The translations under genes were made by a program, and so were the position numbers. From Acidobacteriota bacterium (GTDB lineage Bacteria; Acidobacteriota; UBA6911; JACQSX01): a stretch of 20,392 bases of DNA. The notes beneath the pieces are model-generated. The model was not told where the DNA came from. It saw only the letters and a list, made by a program, of their open reading frames with translations, and did not search any database. Numbering within the stretch: the first letter of the stretch is position 1; every line of letters begins with the position of its first letter. Positions 7,776 through 16,106 of this stretch are shown in pieces. The stretch lies in NCBI GenBank assembly GCA_036507075.1, contig DASXQR010000093.1, positions 1-20,392 on the forward strand. Reading direction: 5' to 3'.

Positions 7776-8140
7776 TCGACATGGTTTGGATTCTGGACGC
7801 GCGTCCGGCGGCGCAGGATTTCACTTTTTCCACGGGTGAGGAGCTTCGAGCCGATGTCGCCAGGGTCCCATGTGAGAGCAGCCGGCGGATGACGGAAGCA
7901 AAAGAGTTGTTCCGGCGGATGGGCGCCGCCGAATCTGAGATTTCCATCGATCAATATAAAGGCGTCGAGAATGTCACCGTGCGCAAGCAGGGCGACGGTC
8001 CAGGAGTCATCGTTCTTGGAGCGCACTACGACAAAGTTTCGCAAGGATGCGGAGCTCTGGACAACTCTCAACCTCCAGGATGCCGAGCGCCGAGACCTCT
8101 CAAGACCTCCGATGCGATACTCGGCTTGCCTGGATACTAA
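7772..8140 (+). pseudogene. truncated M28-family (aminopeptidase-like) peptidase
   Basis: ENVTVRKQG...VIVLGAHYDKVSQGCGALDN carries the first Zn ligands (HxD, DN). Similarity ends at ~8065; the EE motif and terminal His are absent. Confidence 0.75.
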
Positions 8141-8169
8141 GATGTCTCTATAATAAGGCATCTTAGTAT
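8126..8169 (+). promoter_or_regulatory. sigma70 promoter overlapped by a palindromic operator (probable PadR autoregulatory site)
   Basis: TTGCCT (8126-8131), 17 nt, TATAAT (8149-8154); perfect 11-bp inverted repeat ATACTAAGATG (8134-8144) / CATCTTAGTAT (8159-8169). Confidence 0.75.
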
Positions 8170-8497
8170 GGCTAAACCCGATACGCTTCAGGGCGCGCTC
8201 GATTTGCTGGTGCTGAAAATTCTTTCTCGCCGCGCACCGCTGCATGGCTACGCAATCATGTCCGCTGTCGAGGAGATTTCGGGCGAAGTGTTGCGAGTGG
8301 AAGAAGGCTCGCTCTACCCGGCGCTGCATCGCATGGAAGAGGCCGGTTTGATCCGCGCAGCGTGGATTACGAAAGGCAACGGCCGCCGCGCGCGTGTCTA
8401 CGAATTGACTGCGCGTGGCCGCAAACAACTCGCAAGCGAAGAGGCTCGCTGGACGGCGGTCACGGGCGCGGTGCAGCGCGTCCTCAAGCTTGCGTAA
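8168..8497 (+). CDS. PadR-family transcriptional regulator (acidobacterial type)
   Basis: LQGALDLLVLKIL...HGYAI...VEEGSLYPALHRME..G...W....GRRARVYELT..GRKQL; directly upstream of an ADOP permease. Confidence 0.95.
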   Translation: MAKPDTLQGALDLLVLKILSRRAPLHGYAIMSAVEEISGEVLRVEEGSLYPALHRMEEAGLIRAAWITKGNGRRARVYELTARGRKQLASEEARWTAVTGAVQRVLKLA

Positions 8498-8508
8498 GGA
8501 GATCAGCC

Positions 8509-11172
8509 ATGTCCTGGATGAGGCGGTTTACAAATCTCTTCCGCCAGGGACGGCTCAACGACGAGCTGGACGAGGAACTGGCTTCGCACATCGACGAGGC
8601 GATAGAACGGGGGCGCTCTGCCGAGGAGGCGCGGCGAGCCTTCGGGGCAGAGCTCCGTCATCGAGAGCAGAGCCGGGACATTAAGTTGCTCCCCTGGCTG
8701 GATGCTTTGGCTGCGGATGTCGTGTTCGGGTGGCGGCAGCTTAAGAAGCATCGCGCAGTGAGCGCCGCTGCAATTCTCTCGCTCGCCCTGGCAATGGGCG
8801 CTACCACCTCGGCTTTCCGACTGGTTGACGCCGTGCTGCTGCGTACATTGCCGGTCGCCGATCCGGCACGGCTCTTTTTTCTCGCGACCACCTATATCGA
8901 CGGCGATGGCAGTCCGGACTATCGTGATGATTTTGACTATCCGACTTTTCGCCGGCACCGCAAAACGGTGGGAGACCGGGCGGATTTAATGGTAGTCGGT
9001 ATGAGCGCACGTCAGGACGCTGCATTTGGTTCCAGCGATGAAACGGAAAAACTTTACCAGCAGTATGTCTCCGGCAACGTCTTTGGCGTCTTCGGCCTGC
9101 AACCGGCGCTCGGCCGCCTGCTCGCGCCCCATGACGATCTGACTCCGGGCGCGCATCCGGTGGCGGTGCTGAGCTACGACTACTGGACCCGGCGGTTCGG
9201 GCGCGACACAAAGGTGATCGGCAGTAAGTTCCGATTGGGGAGTGCGCGGTACGAAATCGTGGGCGTCGCACCGAAGGGCTTCACGGGAACGGAGCCCGGC
9301 GCAGTCACTGACATTTTCATTCCATCCATGATGAACGCACAGGCCATCAACAGCCCTGGCTGGTCCTGGTTTCGAATCTGGTTGCGTCCGAAAACAGGAG
9401 TCACACCCGAGCAGATTCGGCAGTCGTTGCAGGCGGTGTTCAGCCACGAGCATCAAGAGCGTGTCAAGAGCTTTCCCGCCGACACACCGAAGCTGACCAT
9501 CGATGCTTATCTGAGCGAGTCGGTCGTGCTCTACCCCGCGGCATCCGGTGCGTCGGACATACAGAAGAACTACCGCCGCCCGCTGCTCATCCTGGCCGTT
9601 CTCGTGGTTCTCGTTCTCCTCATCGCCTGTACAAATGTCGCCAATTTGCTGACCGCCCGGGCCGCGGCGCGCGCACGCGAGATGGCGCTGCGCGTCGCAA
9701 TCGGCGCCGGACGGTGGCGCCTCATCCAGCTTGTGGTGGTGGAAAGCGCGATGATGGCTGTCATCGCCTCGACCGCCGGCGCGCTCTTCGCAGGGTGGTC
9801 GGCGCCATTGGTGGTGTCGATGCTTGCGCCGCCCGAAGATCCCGTCCGATTGATTCTCGATGCCGACTGGCGCGTGCTGGGATTTGGTATCGCGCTTACA
9901 GTCACGGTCACCTTTCTCTTCGGATCGACGCCGGCACTTCGCGCCTCCGCCGTCAAACCGATCAGCGCGCTCAAGGGCGGCGAAGATCCGCACTCGCGCT
10001 TCCGCCTCATTCACTCGCTGATCGCCGCGCAAGTGGCCTTCTGTGTCCTGGTACTTTTCGTGGCGGCGCTTTTCCTCGCCACCTTCGAGCGTCTGTTGAA
10101 CCGGCCCCTGGGCTTTTCGCACCAACGCGCTCTTTTGGTCGAAACTGAGATCCGTGGCAAGGAGCAACCGCCGGAGATCTGGGCGCAAGTGGCGGACCAC
10201 CTCCGCCAGACGCCCGGAGTGGAGTCGGTCGCACTGTCCGGCTGGGCGCTGTTGACCGGCAACCGCTGGGTCTGCAGTGTGGTTGTGGCCGGCCGAGCGG
10301 CTGAGGCTCGGTCGCCTTATTTCCTCGACGTGTCCCCCGGCTTTTTTGAAACCATGCAGATCGGCTGGATCGATGGGCGTGACTTTCGTCCCGGCGATGT
10401 GCCCCCAAGGACGAAAGAGCAGAACCTGCCGCTCGCCGGAGTCGGCATTGTAAACGAGGCTTTCGCCCGCATTTACTTCGACGGACAGAATCCGGTCGGC
10501 AGGTCGGTTGAGGCGCGCCAGAACAAGAACTCCAGCGCGCCCCTGGAGATCGTTGGCTACGTGCGGGACGCCAGCTATGGGAGCGTGCGCGAGCCGATCC
10601 GTCCTACTGTCTACGTTCCAATCGGGGACAGAGCCAACGGTACCTTTGTTGTCCGAACTGCGGGCGATCCCCTGGCGCTGGCGCCCATATTACGTCGCGA
10701 AGTCTCCCGGGCGCGTTCCGAGTTCCGTGTGCACAACATCAACCCCCAGAGCGCGCTGGTCCGGCGGCACATGATTCGCGAAAGGCTGCTCGCCACGCTG
10801 TCATTCTTCTTCGGCGGCGTGGCTCTGGTGCTGGCGGGCATTGGACTGTACGGCGTCCTGAACTATTCAGTGATCCAGCGGCGGCGGGAGATCGGCATCC
10901 GCATGGCGCTCGGTGCTCGCCCGGCTCACGTGGTACGCCGGGTCGCGACCGAAGTGTTCGGGATGGTGTGCGTCGGGTCGCTGATCGGCTTGGCCGGAGG
11001 CCTGGCCTGCGAGCGCTTCGTCGAGTCGCTTCTGTTTGAGGTCAAGGCCACGGACTCAGGGATCGTCATGATGCCGATTCTGACGCTGGGAGCTGCGGCT
11101 GTGCTGGCGGCTCTGCGGCCGGCGATTCGAGCGGCACGGATCGATCCTGCGCAGACGCTGCGGAGTGAGTAG
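8509..11172 (+). CDS. ADOP-family duplicated ABC-type permease (MacB-PCD/FtsX x2)
   Basis: Start ATG 8509 with SD AGGAG; 'LDEELASHI...ARRAFG' N-terminal extension; LLIACTNVANLL...REMALRVAIGAG; REIGIRMALGA; ...IDPAQTLRSE. No ATPase gene nearby. Confidence 0.93.
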   Translation: MSWMRRFTNLFRQGRLNDELDEELASHIDEAIERGRSAEEARRAFGAELRHREQSRDIKLLPWLDALAADVVFGWRQLKKHRAVSAAAILSLALAMGATTSAFRLVDAVLLRTLPVADPARLFFLATTYIDGDGSPDYRDDFDYPTFRRHRKTVGDRADLMVVGMSARQDAAFGSSDETEKLYQQYVSGNVFGVFGLQPALGRLLAPHDDLTPGAHPVAVLSYDYWTRRFGRDTKVIGSKFRLGSARYEIVGVAPKGFTGTEPGAVTDIFIPSMMNAQAINSPGWSWFRIWLRPKTGVTPEQIRQSLQAVFSHEHQERVKSFPADTPKLTIDAYLSESVVLYPAASGASDIQKNYRRPLLILAVLVVLVLLIACTNVANLLTARAAARAREMALRVAIGAGRWRLIQLVVVESAMMAVIASTAGALFAGWSAPLVVSMLAPPEDPVRLILDADWRVLGFGIALTVTVTFLFGSTPALRASAVKPISALKGGEDPHSRFRLIHSLIAAQVAFCVLVLFVAALFLATFERLLNRPLGFSHQRALLVETEIRGKEQPPEIWAQVADHLRQTPGVESVALSGWALLTGNRWVCSVVVAGRAAEARSPYFLDVSPGFFETMQIGWIDGRDFRPGDVPPRTKEQNLPLAGVGIVNEAFARIYFDGQNPVGRSVEARQNKNSSAPLEIVGYVRDASYGSVREPIRPTVYVPIGDRANGTFVVRTAGDPLALAPILRREVSRARSEFRVHNINPQSALVRRHMIRERLLATLSFFFGGVALVLAGIGLYGVLNYSVIQRRREIGIRMALGARPAHVVRRVATEVFGMVCVGSLIGLAGGLACERFVESLLFEVKATDSGIVMMPILTLGAAAVLAALRPAIRAARIDPAQTLRSE

Positions 11173-11202
11173 ACCGACGATTGAAGCAACGTGTGAAGAA
11201 AT

Positions 11203-11258
11203 TGAACCGCGAAGAGCGTAAAGAACGCGAAATCGCGAGAGAGTCACAGAGACACAGA
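11203..11258 (+). repeat. CRC-periodic short repeats
   Basis: TGAAC-CGCGAAGAG-CGTAAAGAA-CGCGAA (11203-11231) and CACAGAGA-CACAGA (11245-11258). Confidence 0.55.
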
Positions 11259-11405
11259 CTTCACGCCGAGGTCATCGCCAACGCATTCCCGATACTCCAG
11301 GGCGCTGTGTTCCCGCCAGATCCTGCCCGCCTTCTGCGCGATACGACGGTGGGCCCGCAGGTTTTTCTTAGGAACGGGTAAAACATATCCATCTACCTAT
11401 CCCAT
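11244..11405 (-). pseudogene. DUF1428 (YbaA-like) pseudogene with a nonsense codon 3 and a 3' truncation
   Basis: SD AAAGGAG then MG*VDGYVLPVPKKNLRAHRRIAQKAGRIWREHSALEYRECVGDDLGVK-SVSL*. Matches the DUF1428 pattern 'YVDG(F/Y)V.PVP...W.EHGAL.Y.EC.GDD'. Not in the ORF track. Confidence 0.85.
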
Positions 11406-11501
11406 GTAAAATCTCCTTTAGTTATGTCTTCAATCATAGCGCGCCGTTTCCTTCAATCCCCAAGCGTCTTGCGACTGGAACAATTGGATCTCAGGAGAAG
11501 A

Positions 11502-11619
11502 GAGGCGGTCTGAGGGCCGCCTCAGGGGAATTTTACGTTTTGTGAGCAGAGACGAGCCTCAGGCCGTCTCTCCACGATGTAAACTGCAGGCTGAGACGGC
11601 CCTCAGGCCGTCTCTCCGC
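11502..11619. repeat. cluster of three REP-like hairpins (copies 2-4)
   Basis: Copy 2 (+, 11502-11530) GAGGCGGTC-TGAG-GGCCGCCTC-AGGGGAA. Copy 3 (-, 11547-11584) is 34/38 identical to 493-530. Copy 4 (-, 11591-11619) is 29/29 identical to 502-530. Confidence 0.88.
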
Positions 11620-11656
11620 ACAACAAGCCGTTTGCGGAGCTGTACATGGAGCGACG

Positions 11657-12121
11657 ATGACGCTCGATGTAACACTTGAAGCGCTGCGCGTTATCCTCGA
11701 GGGACCGGGTGATCGCGAGCTGAAGGCGCGTCGTGTCGCTGAGATGATCCGCCGCTCGGCGGACTATCGATGGGTGGGAATCTACGACGTCAATGCCGAC
11801 CGGGGCGAGGTGTCGAACATCGCCTGGTCCGGTCCGGTCGCGCCCGCGCACCCGGTATTTCCCATAACGCAAGGGCTGACCGGCGAAGTCGTAGCCGGCA
11901 GAAAAACGTTGAACGTTGGCGACGTCACGCAAAACGAGCGGTATCTCACAACTTTTGGGACCACGCGCTCAGAGATCATTGTGCCCGTGCTGGACGCAGA
12001 ATCTCACGAAGTTGTGGGCACCATCGATGTTGAAAGTGAGGCTGTCAATGCGTTCGACACCAATACCCAGACGTTTCTTGAGCAGTGCGCTCTGGTGATC
12101 CTTGACCTTTGGCCCGTCTGA
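11657..12121 (+). CDS. standalone GAF domain protein (YebR/fRMsr-like fold)
   Basis: WVGIY...GLTG...NVGDV....YL......SEIIVPV....VVGTIDVES....AF; SD GGAG. Confidence 0.85.
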   Translation: MTLDVTLEALRVILEGPGDRELKARRVAEMIRRSADYRWVGIYDVNADRGEVSNIAWSGPVAPAHPVFPITQGLTGEVVAGRKTLNVGDVTQNERYLTTFGTTRSEIIVPVLDAESHEVVGTIDVESEAVNAFDTNTQTFLEQCALVILDLWPV

Positions 12122-12127
12122 TGCGGG

Positions 12128-14452
12128 TTAGTCGGCTCGAAGCGCCACAGCAGGATCGATGTTCGTCGCACGGCGCGCCGGCACCAGACAGGCCAACATC
12201 GCTACGGCGATCAGGAGGGCTGCCACGGAGGCGAATGTCAGAGGATCGACAGGCGACACTCCATAGAGCAACCCACGCAAAACCCGAGTCAGCGCCACAC
12301 TAACGGCAATCCCAAGCGCCACTCCCAAAACCGCCATGACAGCGCCGCGTCTCATGACGGAATAGAGTACCTGTCGCTTGTCCGCCCCCAGCGCCATTCG
12401 AATTCCGAACTCCGGGGTCTTTAACACTACCAGATAGGAAACGACACCATAGGTGCCGCCAATGGTGAGCAGAGTGCCAACGCCCGCGAACAACGCGAGC
12501 AGCCATGTGTACAGCCGCTCTTTCGCCAGCGACTCCTCGATGACCTGATTCATGCTGGCCAGTCGAAAGAGCGCTTTGCCTGGACTCACTTCGCGCACAG
12601 CTGATCGCACGGACGCCATGAGCGAGTCAGCGGGTAAGTGCCCGCTGACAACTAGGGTGGAGCCGTGCCGCCGCATTTGGGCGAAATTTTGCGTGACCGC
12701 GTGGTAAATCTCTGGGATCGGTGGCTTGCCGAGGCTGCTCTGTCTGACATCGCCGACCACGCCAACAATTACGCCGCGGCTGGTAGCGCGGCCAATCGGA
12801 TCGTCATTCGCAAAGTACCGCCTCGCGAAAGTCTCGTTGACGAGGATGGCCAGTGGCGATTCGCGTGTGTCGCGCAGCGAGAATTCCCGGCCGCGCCGGA
12901 GCGGGATTCCCATCGCGCGAAAGTATCCCGGCGTCACGAAGCGCAGTTCCGTTTGGAGCACACCGGGGCGGCCAACTATAGTAAAACCAGCCTCCCACCC
13001 AGAGTTCTGAAGGGGGAGCAGAGAGATCAATCCAGCTGCTCGTACGCCAGGAATCGCCGAGACACGCTCCTCGATAGCCATCGATTCTCGCGCTCCGGAT
13101 ATGATCACATGCGCCGTCAGCACATTCTCGGCCTTTACACCGGCGTCAGTACGCTGCAGGTTCAGGAACGTCCGAAGCAGCAGTCCAGCGCCAACGAGTA
13201 AGGCGAACGCGACAGCGATCTCCCCTACAACGAGCAAGTCTCGAAAACCAGCACGCACTCCACGCGTCTTCAGTGCGCTGGTTCGGGCGCTGGCACTCGT
13301 CATGGCTGGGAGTACCGCGAAAACGACCGCTGTGCATGAACACATCACAAGCAGAAATGCGAACACTCGCCAGTCCAGTCCGATCTCGGCCGTACGCGGA
13401 ATCTGTGTCGAGGCGAGTGTCGTGAGTGCCTTGCTTCCCCACATTCCCAAGGCCAAGCCGAGCACGCCAGATCCAAGAGACAGCAGGAGGCTCTCGACGA
13501 AGAACTGGCCAGCCTGCCGCGCGCGCGTTGCCCCAAGCGCTTCACGAATTGCGAACTCGCGGGAACGATTTGCCGTCTGTGCCAAGAGCAGGTTTGCGAC
13601 GTTAGCGCAGGCAATCAAGAGAACCATCCCAACAGCTCCAAGGAGCACGAGCAATGACTTGCGCACGGGTCCGCCGATAATCTCAGTCAACGGCGTAAGC
13701 CTCGCTTCAAAACCGGTGCGGACCGCTCTACCGGTGCGAGTGAGGTCACGCTGCGCGTCTTGGAGGGCGACTCCCGGTTTGAGCCGCGCCAACACGGCGT
13801 CCAAGCGTCCAGCCCCAGTTGAGATGTCCCACGGAATCCAAACGCCAGCCGAACCCGAACCGTGCGGAAACCGGAACCGTTCCGGCATCACACCGACGAG
13901 CGTATACATCTGCCCATCGAGGGTAACCGGGAGACCTATCGCTGACGAGTCTCCACCGAGGCGGCCTTTCCACCATTCGTGAGAGGCTACGATAACGTTG
14001 TCCGGATCTTTTGAGCCGAACGTTCGACCGATCAACGCACTGGCTCCGAGGACGGCGAAAAGCTCGCGTTCAGCGTAAACCGCGGCGACCTGCTCTGCGT
14101 CGCCCCCGGATTGCATGTTCAAGCTGGAGCTTCGGTACGCGACCATCCCCTGCAAGGATGTGGCATTAGCTCGCCACTCCCTGAAGGCCTCGCGGGACAC
14201 AGGTCCGGGCGGCTCTCCCGGTGACTCTACCTCGAACAGTTGCGCGAGGTCCTCGGGCCGGTCAAAAGGCAGCGGCCGAAGCAGCACGGCGCTCACGACA
14301 CTGAAAAGCGCCGTGTTGGCACCGATTCCGAGGCCGAGTGATAGGATCGCGGCAGCGGCGAAACCGGGATTTCTGGCTAACACCCGCCACCCGTAACGAA
14401 GGTCCTGGCCCACCTGCTCCACCCAATTCCAGCCCCACATTTCTCTGATCAC
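12128..14452 (-). CDS. ADOP-family duplicated permease, 5'-clipped but possibly still functional from ATG 14440
   Basis: Begins mid-motif at (SKEV)IREMWGWNWVEQVGQDLRYGWRVL, with an in-frame TGA a few codons upstream. The rest is intact: LLIACANVANLLL, EFGIRMALGA, IDPAVALRAD. Confidence 0.85.
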   Translation of the reverse strand: MIREMWGWNWVEQVGQDLRYGWRVLARNPGFAAAAILSLGLGIGANTALFSVVSAVLLRPLPFDRPEDLAQLFEVESPGEPPGPVSREAFREWRANATSLQGMVAYRSSSLNMQSGGDAEQVAAVYAERELFAVLGASALIGRTFGSKDPDNVIVASHEWWKGRLGGDSSAIGLPVTLDGQMYTLVGVMPERFRFPHGSGSAGVWIPWDISTGAGRLDAVLARLKPGVALQDAQRDLTRTGRAVRTGFEARLTPLTEIIGGPVRKSLLVLLGAVGMVLLIACANVANLLLAQTANRSREFAIREALGATRARQAGQFFVESLLLSLGSGVLGLALGMWGSKALTTLASTQIPRTAEIGLDWRVFAFLLVMCSCTAVVFAVLPAMTSASARTSALKTRGVRAGFRDLLVVGEIAVAFALLVGAGLLLRTFLNLQRTDAGVKAENVLTAHVIISGARESMAIEERVSAIPGVRAAGLISLLPLQNSGWEAGFTIVGRPGVLQTELRFVTPGYFRAMGIPLRRGREFSLRDTRESPLAILVNETFARRYFANDDPIGRATSRGVIVGVVGDVRQSSLGKPPIPEIYHAVTQNFAQMRRHGSTLVVSGHLPADSLMASVRSAVREVSPGKALFRLASMNQVIEESLAKERLYTWLLALFAGVGTLLTIGGTYGVVSYLVVLKTPEFGIRMALGADKRQVLYSVMRRGAVMAVLGVALGIAVSVALTRVLRGLLYGVSPVDPLTFASVAALLIAVAMLACLVPARRATNIDPAVALRAD

Positions 14453-14502
14453 CTCTTTCGAGTGTTCTGCCCGTCAGTTGCTTCTTCCCGCTCGGAGAAG
14501 TC

Positions 14503-14578
<76 letters not shown>

Positions 14579-14640
14579 GTCCAGTGAGTTAAGAGTAGCA
14601 AGAATTACCAGTTTTCGAGGTCGGGGTCAACCGGGGTGAA

Positions 14641-14704
14641 CTTTGTGTGCTTTGTGTCTTTGTGGTTAAAGAGTCTTCACCACAAAGACACAAAGGACAC
14701 AAAG
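14641..14704. repeat. 29-bp hairpin of CRC-periodic repeats abutting the MFS stop codon (possible terminator or stabiliser)
   Basis: CTTTGTGTGCTTTGTGTCTTTGTGGTTAA / TTCACCACAAAGACACAAAGGACACAAAG, complementary at 27 of 29, 6-nt loop. Confidence 0.85.
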
Positions 14705-15892
14705 CTATCTTCGCGCTTTTGAGAGATAGGCAACGTAGAACAACGTACCCGTAAGGCCCAAGGCGGTGGCGGTCCAGAGATTGGCTTGCGGGCTGATCTT
14801 CCAGAGGGCGGCGCCCAGGAAGGAACCGATAGTAACAATCGTGTCCCGGATCAGGTAATAGGCGCCTACGGTTCGTCCCCGCCGATCCGCCGGCGAATAA
14901 GCGAGCAGGAGTGCCTTGCGCGCCGGATCGCCGAATTCCTTCAACCCCCGAATGGCAAACGCCACGGCCAGCAGCGGGAAGCTGCGCGCCAGCAACAGGC
15001 TTGCCGGAAACAGGGTGAAGAAAACAAATGTGGCGATTACAAACGGCTCCTTGCCAAACCGGTCTGCCAGATGAGCCGTCGGAATGTAAATCAGCATCGC
15101 TGTAATCATCTCCACCGCGATCAGAATGCCCACCTGAGTCGCGCTTGCGCCGACATAATCCATGGCATAAATCACGACCCATGCAAACGGAAGCCGCTCG
15201 CAGAAACGAATCAGAATGTCGCTTATCAGCAGGTGGCTGAGACGAGGGCTGAATCCCTGCACGACGCTCCAGAAATTTCCGGGCTCGCGCCGCTCTTTTT
15301 CTGCCGGAACGCGAATATGCCACTGCAGCGCCATGGCGCATGCGGCAAGCACGATGGCACAGATTACCCCGATGCGGACGCCGCGGGTGAATCCGAAGTG
15401 ATCAATCAGCAAACCGCCCGCGACCGGTCCGATCAGAATGGGAACCCTCTTGATGAGAGACTGAATGCCAATACCCATGGTGTGTTTGTGAGAGGGAAGG
15501 CTGCCGGCGATCAGAGAGAAGGTGGCGGGGAGCGAAAAACTGCTCCAGGCGAGGAAAAAAAACATTCCGATGATCACGCCAAGCCAATGCCGGGTAAACA
15601 AGACGAACAGGTATCCCGTAATGGAAATGAGAGTGAAGGAGACAAATGCTCTGCGGTGTCCCCAGCGATCCACCACCACGCCGCCCGGATAGGCGTAGAC
15701 AGCCCCAAGCAGAGTCTTGATCGCGTCAAAGAGCCCAATGATGAATGCCGACGCGCCTAAAACGTCCAGATATTTCGGAAGAAACCGCATCCAGGTTTCT
15801 TCGCCGGCCCCGATCAGAACGATCGCCAGCAGGAGGAAGACGACATTTCTGTTGAGGGCGAGGAAATCGGCGATGGTGGATCTGCGGTTCAT
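14705..15892 (-). CDS. MFS transporter
   Basis: 395 aa with ~12 hydrophobic segments; motif A variants GGVVVDRWGHRRA and AHLADRFGKEP. Confidence 0.92.
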   Translation of the reverse strand: MNRRSTIADFLALNRNVVFLLLAIVLIGAGEETWMRFLPKYLDVLGASAFIIGLFDAIKTLLGAVYAYPGGVVVDRWGHRRAFVSFTLISITGYLFVLFTRHWLGVIIGMFFFLAWSSFSLPATFSLIAGSLPSHKHTMGIGIQSLIKRVPILIGPVAGGLLIDHFGFTRGVRIGVICAIVLAACAMALQWHIRVPAEKERREPGNFWSVVQGFSPRLSHLLISDILIRFCERLPFAWVVIYAMDYVGASATQVGILIAVEMITAMLIYIPTAHLADRFGKEPFVIATFVFFTLFPASLLLARSFPLLAVAFAIRGLKEFGDPARKALLLAYSPADRRGRTVGAYYLIRDTIVTIGSFLGAALWKISPQANLWTATALGLTGTLFYVAYLSKARR

Positions 15893-15902
15893 CTTTAGGA
15901 GT

Positions 15903-15944
15903 GCGGAAGGCAGAATGCGGAAGGCGGAATGCGGAATGCGGAAT
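15903..15944 (+). repeat. heptamer tandem repeat GC(G/A)GAA(T/G) x6
   Basis: GCGGAAG GCAGAAT GCGGAAG GCGGAAT GCGGAAT GCGGAAT. Confidence 0.92.
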
Positions 15945-15985
15945 CAGGTTGTTCCACTTATGACGCCCGTTTTGCGTTGCACCGG

Positions 15986-16031
15986 CGTGGTGTCTTGCTG
16001 GGTCATTTATTTTAACCACCAAGGCACCAAG
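15986..16031. repeat. degenerate CRC-periodic hairpin
   Basis: TTAACCACCAAGGCACCAAG (16012-16031) against the reverse complement of 15986-16005: 15 of 20 match. Confidence 0.5.
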
Positions 16032-16076
16032 CCAGCAGACATCATTTGCCGCATCATCGGATGAAGGGCCTAAGCA

Positions 16077-16101
16077 CCGCTTTCTGCCTTCCGCTTTCCG
16101 G
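16077..16101 (-). repeat. heptamer tract inverted relative to 15903-15944
   Basis: CCGC TTTCTGC CTTCCGC TTTCCGG. Confidence 0.7.
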
Positions 16102-16106
16102 TTTTA

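Noticed and set aside
8362..8508. Extended N-terminus of the ADOP permease (likewise the track starts at 6454, 6657 and 19412)
   Set aside because: It overlaps PadR; downstream ATGs have better SD or signal-peptide context.
11181..11381. Plus-strand 66-aa ORF as a GxxExxY-like remnant
   Set aside because: No GxxExxY motif; the sequence is explained by repeats plus the antisense of the DUF1428 pseudogene.
11502..11619. CRISPR mini-array suggested by the palindromic repeats
   Set aside because: Mixed orientations and gaps of only about 6-16 nt; fits a REP-like cluster better.
1..14502. Integrase-type genomic island with an att duplication of the tRNA-Lys 3' end
   Set aside because: No second copy of the tRNA 3' end and no integrase seen by eye in this window; either could lie outside it.
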